This document shows, one piece after another, positions 28,540 through 41,050 of a DNA stretch of 64,000 bases (within the stretch, counting starts at the first letter, position 1; each line of letters begins with the position of its first letter). The notes below the pieces were generated by a model. That model saw only the letters and a program-made list of their open reading frames with translations, had not been told where the DNA came from and ran no database searches. The stretch is from Stegostoma tigrinum. Its lineage: Eukaryota. The translations under genes were made by a program, and so were the position numbers. The stretch is from positions 26,851,410 to 26,915,409 of the forward strand of contig NC_081366.1 of NCBI RefSeq assembly GCF_030684315.1. The letters are read 5' to 3'.

Positions 28540-29905
28540 GGCAATGATAAAGCCAGTACCCTTAACACCCATTCCCACATTTGAGGAATCCTTGCCCAAG
28601 AGTCATAATTGAATGCATAGAATTTCTACCTAAAACAAAAAAATGGGAATAGGTATTTGTTGACGATAATGGATGTGTCTACTAGATTTCCAGAGGCTAT
28701 TCTGTTGGCAGTATCACAGCTAAAATAATTGTAGAGGAGTTACTCAATATTTTTTTCTAGATATGGACAACGCACAGAAATTTAATCAGATCAAGCCATA
28801 AATTTTACATAAAAGTTATTCAAAAAAGTTATGGATAGCTTAGAAATAAAACAATTCAAATCCACTGTATACCATACAGAATTGCAGGGAGAATGGTGCC
28901 ATCAATCTTTAAAGACCATGTTGAGGGCTTAGAGTCAAGACTATCTAGAGGATTGGGATAAAGGAATTCCATTTGTACTTTTTGTAATTGGAGATGCTTC
29001 TACTGAATCAGTTAAAATCAGTACATTTGAATTAGTTTTTGTGCATGCAGCAAGAGGACCACCGAAATTAATTAAGAAAAGATTGGTAAGTCAGAGTACT
29101 GAGGCCACATATTTGGACTATGTGTCAAATTTTAGGGAAAGAGTCAATAGAGCAGGTGATAAAATGTGAGGCTGGATGAACACAGCAGGCCAATAGAGCA
29201 GGTGAGTTGGTTAGGCAGCCTTTACAATTATCACAGCACAGCATGACGCAGGAAATAGACAAAATCAAAAAGCTGTGATTTCATTAGCGGAGGTAAAGTA
29301 TCCATGTTACTCCCAGTGGTAGGTGAACCTTTAAAGGCAAGGTTTAGTGGGCTTTATAAAAGCAAAAGGAAATTGAGTGAGGCAAATTGGTAAGAATGCA
29401 GGGTAGAAAGAAATCTCACAGAGTGTGTCATGCGAATATGTTCAAAACGTATTTTAACAAGGAAAGAAAGCGAAAGGAGAATGTGTTACTGGTTACAACA
29501 CAGAGTGAAGAACAAGTTCAGGTGATTCTGAATTGAACATTCCTCAAATTAAACTGGGCAATGAGGAAGTTCTGAAAAATTGGGATGAATTATTGAGTCA
29601 CCTTCCAGATGAAAATTGAAATGACATGAAAGAGATTCATTACAATCATAAAGGGAGGTATGTGGGAATAAGTTGGGAAGTATTCATCTGACTATGCATG
29701 AAATAGTTATAGAAAATGCTGTTCCATAAAGCAAAACCCCTACGGGCTGAACCCTCTGAAGTTGACCTATGTTCACCAGAGGTTAAACACATGCTCAAAG
29801 ACAATATAATTGGAATGAGTTGCAGCGAATGGAGCTTACTCATAGTAATGGTGCCAAAACCAGATGATACCCAATGATTTTATATGGATGATTGCAAAGT
29901 CAATG
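28540..29905 (+). mobile_element. Decayed Gypsy pol with Gmr1-like order (integrase upstream of RT)
   Basis: YLLTIMDVSTRFPEA and DWDKGIPFVLF (integrase), then NPLKL and IVMVPKPD (start of RT). Confidence 0.8.
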
Positions 29906-30031
29906 TGAAAAAATTGCTGTATGCAGGTAAAATGTTTGTAATATAAAATAATACAAATGTTAATTTTAAATTTTAGTAGCTAACAAACAAACCCATGAAA
30001 TAAAACACTGCAAATGACTTCTGCTCAGAGT

Positions 30032-30184
30032 ACAAAGTGTGGAGCTGGATGAACACAGCAGGCCAAGCAGCATCTCAGGAGCACAAAAGCTTTTGTGCTT
30101 CTGAGATGCTGCTTGGCCTGCTGTGTTCATCCAGCTCCACACTTTGTTATCTTGGATTCTCCAGCATCTGCAGTTCCCACTATC
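30032..30184 (+). mobile_element. Palindromic Penelope-derived mini-insertion
   Basis: 58-bp arms with one mismatch centred on AAGCTT (30032-30147) plus a short tail; 15-bp duplication TCTGCTCAGAGTACA at 30020 and 30185. Confidence 0.85.
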
Positions 30185-30234
30185 TCTGCTCAGAGTACAC
30201 CGGGTTATGAATAGAAGCCAGAATATTTAGAGGG

Positions 30235-31680
30235 TCTACTGCACAATACTGCAGGTTGGTCTCACCGAGGCCCTGTACAATTGTAGCAAGGAATCTCTAC
30301 TCCTGTACTGAAAACCTCTTGCTATATGAAAGCTAAAATTTATTTGGCTTCACCAACTGCTGCACCTGCATTCTTTCTTTCAACAACTGGTGTGCTAGGG
30401 TACAAAGCTCTCATGCACCTTCCCCTTTCCCAATCCATTGCCATTCAGCCAATATCTGTCAATTTCTTGCTACCAAAGGAGATAGACTCATATTTATCCA
30501 CATTATACTTCATCTGCCATGTCTTTGCCCATTCATTCACCCTGTCCAAATCAGAATAAAGCATTTTTGCATCCTCCTCATAGCTCACCCTTCCAGCCAG
30601 CTTTGTGTCATCTGCAAATTGGAGATATTTGGTTCCTTAACTCCATCCAATAACATTTACTGTGAATAGCTGGGATCCAAACCCCGATCCCAGCAGTGCC
30701 CCATTAATCACTGACTGCTTCTCAGAAAATACCCCATTTATTTCTACTCTTTGTTTTCTGTATATCAACCAGTTTTCCTTCTCTAAGGTTTTGGAGTAGA
30801 TCTGTAGTTCAGGTTGTGGGTGTTAAGGTTGGTTGGCTCACCGAGCTGGTTTGTTGTTCTGCAGACGTTTCATCACCATGCTTGGTAAGATCCTCAGTGT
30901 AGCCTCTGATGAAGCGTCAGTGTGTTTTCCCACCTGGTTTTTAAACTCTGGGGTCCGTTGGGATGGATTACCTCACTATACACCATGAAGCATGCTATTA
31001 ATAAATACATTGAACTCGATGCCGTACACATTCCACAACGGAGGAAACCCAGATGTGAGGCAGTCCATCACAGCGGACCCCAGAGTTTAAAAACCAGGCG
31101 GGAAAAGACACTGATGCTTCAACAGAGGCTGCACTGAGGATATTACCACACACCGTAACGAAACATCTGGGGAACAACAAACCAGCTCGGTGGGACAACC
31201 AACCTCAATAATTTTCCATCTACATCAGTAGACCATCCCCAGTTCTACATACTTTAAAGTTACCTGCTAGTCTTAAGTGGGACTTTATCAAGAGCATTCT
31301 GAGCATCCAAGTAAACCTCATCTACTGGTTCCCCTTTATCAGCTCTACTAGTTACATAATCAAAAAATTCCAGTCAATTTGCCAAGCATGAGTTTCTTTT
31401 CATAAATCAACATGGAGTCTGGCCATTCCTGCAACGGTTTTCCACGTGTTCCACAATAAAATATTTTGAATGGAATCTAACATTTTTCCTCCAACTGATG
31501 TCAGCCTAACTGATCAGTAGTTAAGTGTTCTCTCTACCTCTTTAAAAAAAAGGGATACATTAGCTACCACCCAATGCAGAGGAACTGTTCTAGAATCCAT
31601 ATACAAATGAAAGACAATGACCAATGCATCCATTATTTCTAGAGCAATTTCCTTAAGTACTATTGAATGTAAATTATCTT
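30235..31680 (-). mobile_element. Old CR1 LINE RT fragment, interrupted at 30786-31208
   Basis: gtgtcatctgcaaat (FADD, antisense) and other RT-region similarity to 27031-28474. Confidence 0.75.
30786..31208. mobile_element. Penelope-like short element with inverted ends (second family)
   Basis: Inverted arms 30823-30976 and 31055-31208, each with CTGAGGA...GAAAC(G/A)TC; spacer encodes HAINKYIELD, resembling a PLE ORF C-terminus. Confidence 0.7.
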
Positions 31681-31739
31681 CTATGATTCAATCTTGCACA
31701 TGCCTATGCATTCCATTAGAGGGTCTGTATCCTTTGAAA

Positions 31740-31990
31740 GTGTATTGCCCTCCCCTTCATAGGTCAGTTGAGGAAAAGGGAAGACCCCACAGAAGAACTG
31801 GTATGGAAAGGCGCATCAAGAGTACAAATGTAGCAAAGGCAGGGAAACTGGGAGAATGGTTTGGAATCCTTAGAGAAAACAGGGTGGGACCAAGTGTAGT
31901 AAAGGCAGCCTTGGAGTTCTGCCAGCTTGTAGTGAATATTAATTGATAATCTATATCTGGCAGTGAAGACCGCAAAGCCAATAAAAGGGT
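31740..31990 (-). mobile_element. Decayed Penelope-like ORF fragment
   Basis: Antisense similarity to about 54045-54260 (DIHFKPTNSHSYLEY region). Confidence 0.6.
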
Positions 31991-32150
31991 GGAAAGAAGC
32001 AGAGCTGAAGTAATTGAGAATGAGGGCAAAATGTAAATCAGAATCTGAGAGTCGAAGGTGGCACCCTAAGGCATCATCAGCCACAGTCATCATTCATATT
32101 CTCTTCATTTGTTCAACATTCACAACTACCATCATCATAGACAGAGTCTT

Positions 32151-32720
32151 CACTGACACAGTCCTCACTGATTCAGTCTTCACTGATTCAACCTTAATTG
32201 ATTCAATCCTCACTGATTCAGTCTCCATTGACACAGTCCTCACAGATTCAGTCATCACTGATTCAATCCTCACTGATACAGTCCTCACTGATTCAGTCTT
32301 CACTGATTCAATCCTCACTGATTCAGTCTTCACTGATTCAATTCTCACTGATACAGTCCTCACTGATTCAGTCTTCACTGATTCAACCTTAATTGATTCA
32401 ATCCTCACTGATTCAATCCTCACTGATTCAGTCTCCATTGACACAGTCCTCACTGATTCAGGCTTCACTGATTCAATCTTCATTGACACAGTCCTCACTG
32501 ATTCAGTCATCACTGATTCAATCCTCACTGATACAGTCCTCACTGATTCAGTCTTCACTGATTCAGTCTTCACTGATTCAGTCTTCACTGATTCAATTCT
32601 CACTGATACAGTCCTCACTGATTCAATCCTCACTGATTCGATCTTCACTAATACAGTCCTCACTGATTCAGTCTTCACTGATTCAATCCTCACTGATACA
32701 GTCTTCACTGATTCAATCTT
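32151..32720. repeat. 15-bp minisatellite, about 38 units, CACTGA(T/C)(T/A)CA(G/A)TC(C/T)T, with degenerate flanks out to about 32090 and 32975
   Basis: Period read directly; gives open frames on both strands (TDSVF/TDSIL on +, ESVKT/ESVRI on -). Confidence 0.95.
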
Positions 32721-33597
32721 CACTACTAAAGTCTTCGTACATAGAGATTTCACCTATACAAATTTCTCCGATTCAGCTTTCTCTACAATAGTCATTATTG
32801 TTACAGCCTTCACTGATACAGTTCTTGCAGATTTAATCTTCAACTAGTACAGCCATCACTCAATTTTCACTAATACAGTTTTCTCTGCGATAGTCATCAT
32901 GGATGCAGACTTCAGCCATTCAGCTGCCTGTACTATATTCATCATCTTCACTACCGCAAACATCACAAATGCAGTCTTCTTGCCTTCCACCTAAAAACCG
33001 ACTTTCCCTTCAGTCGTCCTGTTCCTCCCTCATTGGGCTGGCTTAAAAACCCTGACATTTCCATTTTGTTTTCGTTCTAAAGAAAGACGATTGAACGGAA
33101 ACATTAACCATGTTTCTCTGAATCACTGTAGCTGCTGGGTATTTTGAGAAGAATACGTTTTTATTTCATATTTCTAGCATCTGCAGTATTTTCTTCTACA
33201 TTATTTTGTGAAAAAAAGTTTGAATACCTCAAAGAAAGGAAAGCTGGAAACAATGTAGGGTGGTAAACTGGAAGATAATGTGAAATATGGAATGTGACAT
33301 AGGCACCGCTGTACAAACATCAGAAGTCATTGACATTCTGTCATCATGGTAATTTGTGATGTTGTTCACAATGAGTATGTGAGATTCATTGTATTTGGAC
33401 AGCACGATATCTCCAAATGCTGCTCGGTTTGGTAGGAGTGTGACGTTCTGGACAAAAAGTATTCCACTCTTCTCAATGCAAGTCATTGAGCAGAGTTTGA
33501 AACTACTCAAGGCTATACTTCCGGACTGCCCTCCAACAGCCAAATTGCTGCAGCTTTACGGGAGAGATTCGCTGCCATTTCTCCCGCTGTCACCAAC

Positions 33598-34281
33598 ATG
33601 TGGGATTACGATGAAATCACCGCTTTTCTCGCAGAATGGGGACCCTTCCAGAAAATTATCTTCTTCCTCTTGAGCCGCAGCATCTTTCCCAATGGTTTCT
33701 GTGGACTGTCTATAGTTTTTGTCAGGGCGGCACGGTGGCTCAGTGGTTAGCACTGCAACCTCACAGCGACGGGGAACCGGGTTCGATTCCAGCCTCAGGC
33801 GATTGTTTATGTGGAGCTTGCACATTCTCCCCTTGTCTGTGTGGGTTTCCTCTCATCGTCCAAAGATGTGCAGGCTAGGCAGATTGGCCATGCTAAATTG
33901 CCCAGAGTGTTCAGAGGTGTGTGGGTTATAGGGGGATGGGTCTGGGTGGCTTGCTTCAAGGGGCTGTGTGGGCCTTTTGGGCCGAAGGGCCTTTTTCCAC
34001 ACTGTAAGTAATCTCATCTAATATTCCTGAACATCGCTGCTTCATTCCCAGGAATCTCAACCTCAGTGAAGCGTGGATGAACTGGACTATCCCTCTGGAA
34101 CAAGCCAAGGGGAAACTTCCAGTACAGCAAATGTAGACGGTACCGGTTGGATGTGATCAGGAATCTTTCGGAGATATTTCCTGACCCAGATTCCGCCAAT
34201 ATTTCTGAGGTGGAACAGGAGCCCTGTTTGGATGGATGGGTGTACAGTAAGGGTCAGTACATCTCCACCATCATCAGCGAG
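33598..34281 (+). pseudogene. SLC22A5/A4-like copy B, exon 1 (pseudogene)
   Basis: About 96% identical to 56023-56412; interrupted by a SINE (33728-34021) and a +1 T frameshift at about 34117; donor GAG|gtaagc retained. Confidence 0.95.
33728..34021 (+). mobile_element. HE1-type tRNA-derived SINE inserted in pseudo-exon 1
   Basis: (GGG)CGGCACGGTGGCTCAGTGG A-box, GGTTCGATTCC B-box, AATCT-type tail; absent from the 56023 copy. Confidence 0.9.
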
Positions 34282-34394
34282 GTAAGCGGCTGAAGGACTC
34301 ATTAGGCTCACTGTGAGCAGTTAGTCAGGGATAGTTTGTGAAGATAACTGATCAAAAGAATTAACAAAAAACATGAACAAATGCATTTTAAACC

Positions 34395-34860
34395 ACAAGG
34401 ATGTTGCCAGGGCTGGAGGGTTTGAGCAATAGGGAGACGCTGAATAGGCTTGAGGTGTTTTCCCTGGTGCATCAGAGGCTGAGGGCAACTTTGTAGAAGT
34501 TTATTAAGACATGAAGGGCGTGGATAGGGTGAATAGCCAAAGTCTTTTCCCCAGGGTAGTGGGGTCGAAAATTAGAGGGCATAGTTTAAGATGAGAGGTT
34601 AGAAATTTAAAGGAACCTGGGGGACAACTTTATGACACAGAGGGTGGTGAATGCATGGAACCAGCTGCCAGAGGAAGTGATGGAGTGGCGAACAAATACA
34701 ACATTTAAAAAGCATTTAGATAGGTACATGAAAAGGAATGTTTTAGAGGGCTATGTGCCCAATACTGGCAAATGGGACTAGATGAGTCTAGGATATGTGG
34801 TTGGTAGGGACAGGTTGGACCAAAGGGTCTGTGTCTGTGCTGTATGACCCTATGACTCTA
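34395..34860 (+). mobile_element. CR1 LINE 3' fragment
   Basis: aggatgttgccagggctggagg through the ctatgactcta tail. Confidence 0.8.
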
Positions 34861-36719
34861 ATTCTTGAAAACATCAGCTTGAGTTAAATCACTTAACTGG
34901 TTCCCTTTGTGAATAAAAGTATCTAATTTACATCAAGTAAATTTTGAATAACTTTCTCCCAACTAGTTTAACACACCCATGCATATTACAAGCTCAAATT
35001 TGCTGCAGCTTAAAAAACAGGGGTTTGAAAGTTGGAGACTGCAGTTGGGATTGCACCTAAGTACAGTGAAAAGGTTTGTTTGCAAGCAGTACAGGCAGAT
35101 CATAGTAAGCAAGGTCTTGTAGATCATAGGGTGGGCATGCTGAAATTCCTGAGCTGCCTGAGGAAGAAGGGGCATTGTTGTGTCTTCTTCACTATCACAT
35201 CTACCTGGGAAATCCAGGTAGATGACAAACAGTTTGTCAGTTATCGTCACTCCAAGGAACATAACATTCTCAATCATCTCAACTCTCGCTCTGTTGATGT
35301 AGGTGGGGGTGTGTTCTCCTCCCTTTTTCTGAAGGCATTGATCAGTTTTTTAGTTTTGCCTACATTAACACTGAGGTTGTTATCATTGCACTATGTTAGT
35401 CCATCTCCTTTCTGCATTCTGACTCATCATTACTTGATATCCTACAACATAACACAATATACTTCCTTTCCCCTTTAAAGAATGGTAATGCTGTTGTGAC
35501 AACATGTACGAGGAAGAAAAGAGATACATTATCTCTACACATTTAGCTAGTACCTTGGTGGAAATATAACAGTCTAGTCCTTTACAGCTATCATGACTTG
35601 TCTGTGTAGCTTCACTCTCCTGTGTGCTGTTTGTTATCACAGATGAATGTGCGTGTTTTGTTTTGTAGATATTTTACAGTTGTCTGAGATGTTATCTTCA
35701 ATATCCAAGTCTTCATCCTGTGCAATGGGTGAATATATGTAATTCGATATGTCATCTTCTTCTCAGGATTTGATCATTGCTCATTACAGCATCATTTTAC
35801 TGGAGACAGTGATGTTGTACATGTTGGCTGTTAGCTCAGTTAGCTGGACAACTGATTTGTAATGTCAACAGTCTGGATTCAATGTCTGTACTGGCTGAGT
35901 TTATCACAAAAGACTCTTCTTCTCAAACTTTCCCCTTGCCTGAGACATGATGGCCCTTTGGTTAAGCTGCTACCAGTTGTGTCTATCTCTCTAGTGAGGA
36001 AAGTAGTTACATGACTACTTTACCTGAAAATCTTGGCAAGTTGTTTTATGTTTGACAGTCATAAATGTTACTTTGTAAACAGTGCATTCTGTGAGACTGC
36101 TAGACTGAGCGTAATCAGGGGAAAAGACCCTGTTTTGTACAACTGTCTTGGAAGGGTACCCTAGTGTGCTATGAACGCAAGTTGCTTTGGTATACTTAAT
36201 ATACTGAGTATTGTTGTCATTGTGTCAACAACTGTTTCAGTGTTTGTATCTTTGGTTTGTCACACAACAGGAAATTTAGTGAAGTGGTCAATGGCCAAAT
36301 GCAGTCTTGTCCTTAGAGATGGAAAATATCAGTCACAGTCTTGCACATTAGAAAAAATCTTGCGTAGAATGAGATGCTCTCTCAATTATTGAAATTGGTG
36401 GAATGGACATGTTTCACATGATTTGATTAATGGATTTACATCTTTATTTATACCGGACCAATAAATCAATTCATACGCCAATCTGTATCTATTAACTACC
36501 CCATACATATGTATATGCACAGCCTAGAATGTCTAGCCTATAGAACTACTGTTTGCCATTGAAAGTTAAATTCAGGGAGAATCCAATTTCATCTCTTAAT
36601 AACCAGAATATTGCAGCTCAGAGAGGTGTTGAATGCGTTCAGGTCGGCCACAGATAATAGCCGCTGAAGCTGGTCATCTTCTGACATAGCTTGTTGAATC
36701 TGCTGTGCTTGACTTGTGC

Positions 36720-37200
36720 CCATAGAGTCATAGAGACATAGATTTGTACAGCACAGAAGTAGACCCTTCAATCCAACTAATCCATGCCGACCAGATATCC
36801 TAAATTAATCTAGTCCCATTTTCCAACATTTGGCCCACGTGCCTCTGAACACTTACTATTCATATATCCATCCAAATAGTTTTCAAATGTTGTAATTGTA
36901 CCTCTGGTAGCTCATTCCATACATGCGGCTCTCTGTGTGAAAAAGTTGCTCCTTAGATTCCTTTTAAATCTTTTCCCTCTCACCTTAAAACTAAGTCCTC
37001 TACTTTTGGATTCCCCCAACCTGAGGAAAATTTACCCTATCCATGCCCATCATGATTTTGTAAAACTGTATAAGGTCACCTCTCAGCCTCCAATACTCCA
37101 AGAAAAATAGCCCCAGCCTATTCATCTTCTCCCTATAGCTCAAACCCTCCAACCCTTGCAGCATCCTTGTAAATCCTTTCCAAACTCTTTCAAGTTTCAC
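36720..37200 (-). mobile_element. CR1 LINE 3' fragment
   Basis: KLERVWKGFTRMLQGLEGLSYRE...LRGDLI on the minus strand. Confidence 0.8.
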
Positions 37201-37209
37201 AACTTGAGA

Positions 37210-37700
37210 TGCTTGGGATGACATTAATGCTACTGCTAACTCAGATGAAATAATATTCACTTGTAGTTCTAAAGGAATATCTTCATTTTTAGAATGATTT
37301 GGAAGCAGGCACAAAGCATCAGAAATGGTCATTTGGGACCCTGGTTTGTATTGAATTTCTATATCGTACTCCTGGATCTTCACAAGTAACTGTTGGAGTT
37401 GTGGAAGTGCATTTGACTGGTTTTCAATGGAGCATTTCTAACCATTTGTGGTCAATATGAACAATGAGACACTTGCCAAATAAATATATATGAACTCTCT
37501 GTATTCTGAAAACTAGAGCAAATTATTTTCCTGGTGTAGTTTGTCTGGGCTGCCAAAAGACCATAAAAATGGATGCAATATGTTAGCTTTCATGCAATAG
37601 ACATACTCCAAGATCTTTTTGGGATGCAACTACTTCCATTGTGGTTTTGCTGCAATTCTAGCTGATTTAATACTGGATAATTGAGATTGTAGATTGAAAT
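37210..37700 (-). mobile_element. Gypsy RNase H fragment
   Basis: KIQEYDIEIQYKPGSQMTISDAL, typical of the Gypsy RNase H C-terminus. Confidence 0.7.
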
Positions 37701-39429
37701 CTAGCTTGATAGATCTTTTATCTTATTTAACATGATAGTCATTCACTGAAACATGAGTACACAAGGTTACAGATTTTTCTTTCACAGCAAAACAGCAGTT
37801 TATTATACAAAAGGAAAACCAATTAAATAAAACAAATCTGTTTAGCTCATTTGGCTGGCTGGATTGTGATGACAAAAATGTGGGTTCAGTTCCTAGATTT
37901 GCTACGGTTATCAAGAAACATGCTCCTCCTCAACCTCTTCCCTTGCCTGAGGCAGGGTGACCCTCAAGTTAGGCCACCATCAGTTGTCTCTCTCAAATGC
38001 AAAAGTGGTTCTTTAGTTACTATCTGTAATCTTTAAGTTCAACTCAACTGGCTCTTTCCTGTTCTTTCTTGTGAGCTACAACGTCTTCTTAAATGAACAC
38101 TCAGTGAAAGGATACCATAAATTTCTCAGTTTTTGCCTGCAGATTTCTAACCAAACACCCTTTCTCTGGAAGTTTCACAAACTGACTTTTGATTAAGGTA
38201 ATCTGTTCCATGAACTGTCTTGTATTCCTTTCTAGGAGAAATTATATCATGCTATGATCCTAATCAGGTCTCCTCCAAAACCTTCTGGTCTCTGAGGCTC
38301 CTAGGCTAGAACTTTTCTTTTTTCTGAACCAAAAAAAAAGCTAATGGCCCTAAAGTTTGTATTCTTAGTCGTAAACCCAGCATTGTATTAACAATCTTCC
38401 TTTCAGACCCTGGAAAAACCTGGTCTCTGCCACATACTGAATTTGATCAGTATTGCAGAAGAACTGACTGACCTATCTATTTTTAAAATACTTCACAAAA
38501 ACAACCAACTCTCACATGCTACTATTTGGAAATCTAAACTTTAACACTAGTTTGTATGAAACCTTTCCAAATAATAAATATTGAAGGATTACAATATCAA
38601 ATAATGCAGTTGCTCAGTGATGAAATATTTTTGAGAGTTTGAAAAATATGCTGAAGATCATTTTTCCATATATATAGTGTGATTTTGTGAGGATCTTAAA
38701 AAGGAAACATTAGGTTTCAAAATTTAGAATATATTGAGATAAAAATTTAACCCTGGTCATGGCCTAGAATCAAATGATCATTAGTTATCCTGTTGCTGAG
38801 TTAATAATTTCCTTTTATGGTACAGTAATAATGTCACTACCTACCAGCAAGAAGATCGGGTTTTGAGTCCCACTAAACCCAGGAATGTGTCATACCTTGT
38901 ATCATAATATCATTTAAAAATATCTAGAACTAAATAGTCATCAGTGACACCACAAAACTCTCTTTGAATTTTTTTCAGAAGTGTTGATCACAAGATGATG
39001 TTGAAGGTCTATCAAATTCCAAAAGAACATAAAAAAATGATATTATAACGTCATAGACAGCAAGAACTGCTGATGCTGGAGTCAGAGACAACATAGTATG
39101 GAGCTGGAGGAACACAGCAGGCCAGGCAGCATCTGAGCAGCAGGAAAGTTGATGTTTCCATTCAGGACCCTTCTTCAGAAATTATGTCATATGTTCAAGG
39201 AGTCTTATAGGTCTGCACCACAAATGCAATAAATATCCAGCAGGGGGTGCTGACTGCTAGTAAAGTGGAAGAGTGAGACACTTCCACATTGCTACAGGGC
39301 CAGAGAAGTCCCATCAAGTAAAATGTTTTTGATAAAAGGGAAAAAATATTGTGGGTAATTAAGAGGTGTAAAGAAAGAGTTGACTAACATGAGCTAGGAA
39401 AATAGACTAAGGATCTGTGGGTGAGCAGC

Positions 39430-40214
39430 TGCAGAATTTAAGTGGATAATCTATGACGTTCAGCAAAAATTTATTCAAAAAGACTCAAAGAGAGGGATGA
39501 ACCACCTGTGGTTAACCAAGGCAGTCAAGGAGGGTATCTGGTCAAAACTTAAAGCTCACAGAGTGATGAAAACTCATGGTAGACCAGAGGATTGGAAGTT
39601 TTTCTGATAACCAGCCACAAATGACTAAAAAAGCTAATAAAGAGGAAAGACATGATCATGAATGTGAATTGACAAGAAATATAAAAACAGACAAGAGTTT
39701 CTATGTTAGATAAAAAAAGGAGTTTGTTAAGTGTGGGATGCTTGGAAGATGCAATTGGAGAATTAAGAATGTTCAGTGGGGAAATGGCAGAAAATTGAAA
39801 CTAATATTTGCATCAGTCTTCACATTATAAACATCCCAAGGCAACAGATAAGCAAGGTGCTAAAGGGCAGAATGATCTTGGAACAGCCTCTATCATGAAG
39901 GACAAAGTACTAGACAAACTAAAGGAACTAAAAGTAAATATGTCACTAGGAAATTATCAATGGCATCCACAGATTTTTAAGGAAGTGGCTACAGAGATAG
40001 TGAAGGCAGGGGTCTAAATATTCCAAACCTCACTGGATTCCAGGGGAGTTCCAGCAAATTGGAAAACTGCTAATGTGATGCCTTGGTCAAGAAGGAGGGA
40101 AACAGAAGCAGGAAACTATAGGGCAGTTGGGCTAACATCAGTCAATGGAAAGTACGAGAATCTACAAGTGAGGAATAAATAACAGATCATTTAGAGAAAT
40201 CAGAGTCAGTATGG
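39430..40214 (+). mobile_element. Old CR1 ORF2 fragment (linker to start of RT)
   Basis: PPVVNQ/W region, HPQIFKEVATEI, WKTANV and GNYRAV remnants. Confidence 0.7.
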
Positions 40215-40597
40215 TGTTGGGTTGTTTCTGAGAGCGGCAAATAGGAGCAAGACAGAGAGCAGGTAGAAGTCTTAAAGGCTGTCTTTATTGAAAGTATTTC
40301 TTAGTACATCTTTGAGCTGAAGCTGCTTACAGTGAGTAGACATGGCTTTTTATACAGTATTGCAATAGATACAACAGATACTTGCATGCAGAATTTGTTT
40401 ATACAGCATTCTTATAGTTATCTGTCCCTACTATGATAAACAGATGTTTTCTTTACAGAGTATTCACTTATTATATCTCTCACACAATTAGGCATGACTC
40501 ACATAGGCATGGCAGTGTTTGCTGTCATGCGCCACTTTAGTCATTTACATTAACCTGATCATATTTGTTGTCACTCACCACATTTGTCATCTTAACA
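40215..40597 (-). mobile_element. Possible solo LTR
   Basis: TGTT...AACA termini and a minus-strand AATAAA; splits the CR1 sequence gtatgg|atttg; no clear target-site duplication. Confidence 0.4.
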
Positions 40598-40951
40598 ATT
40601 TGGGGAATATTTGAGGGATGTAGGTAACTGATGCTTCTGTCTGGTACCAGGTGAATTGCAATTGATTTTTATGGTCAACTTGAGCTTGATTTAAAACTGC
40701 TGATTTGTCAGGTTGTTATATGATTTTTATAACCATTTTGCCTAACATTCCAGCATGTTTTGTTATTTATTATCAGTGAAACAGTATGTATTATTTTATT
40801 ATAAATTCCATCAGCATATCGCCTGACCTTTTGAAGCAATTGAATTAAAATCCATCTGGATATCAATTAAGCAACTAAATGTATCAAATGAAATGTGATA
40901 GGAAAGTTTCAACTCATTCAATCCAGTGTTGCATTTCTGATTTGACTGTAG

Positions 40952-41050
40952 GCTCAAATGCAAGAAGATTCACAGAAATTGCAACCATTTACAGAAGTGG
41001 CACAACTGGAAAAAATAATACAGAGGTAAGTTAAAAAAGAGGAAATTTAA
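40952..41050 (+). pseudogene. SLC22A5/A4-like copy B, decayed terminal exon 10 (3'UTR homology continues to about 41760)
   Basis: tttgactgtag|G CTC AAA TGC AAG AAG ATT CAC AGA AAT aligns to copy A exon 10; ends GAG GAA ATT TAA versus GAG AAA ATT TAA; upstream intron (atgtgataggaaag) and UTR (aatgcaatcaag...gtcaaatactca) also align; two indels. Confidence 0.8.

Noticed and set aside
32151-32720. CRISPR-like array, or a selenocysteine repeat (third minus frame reads ED-C/TGA-IS)
   Set aside because: Units are contiguous with no unique spacers and the DNA is eukaryotic; no SECIS or gene context seen for TGA recoding
33728-33800. tRNA-like A and B boxes
   Set aside because: Head of an HE1-type SINE, not a tRNA gene
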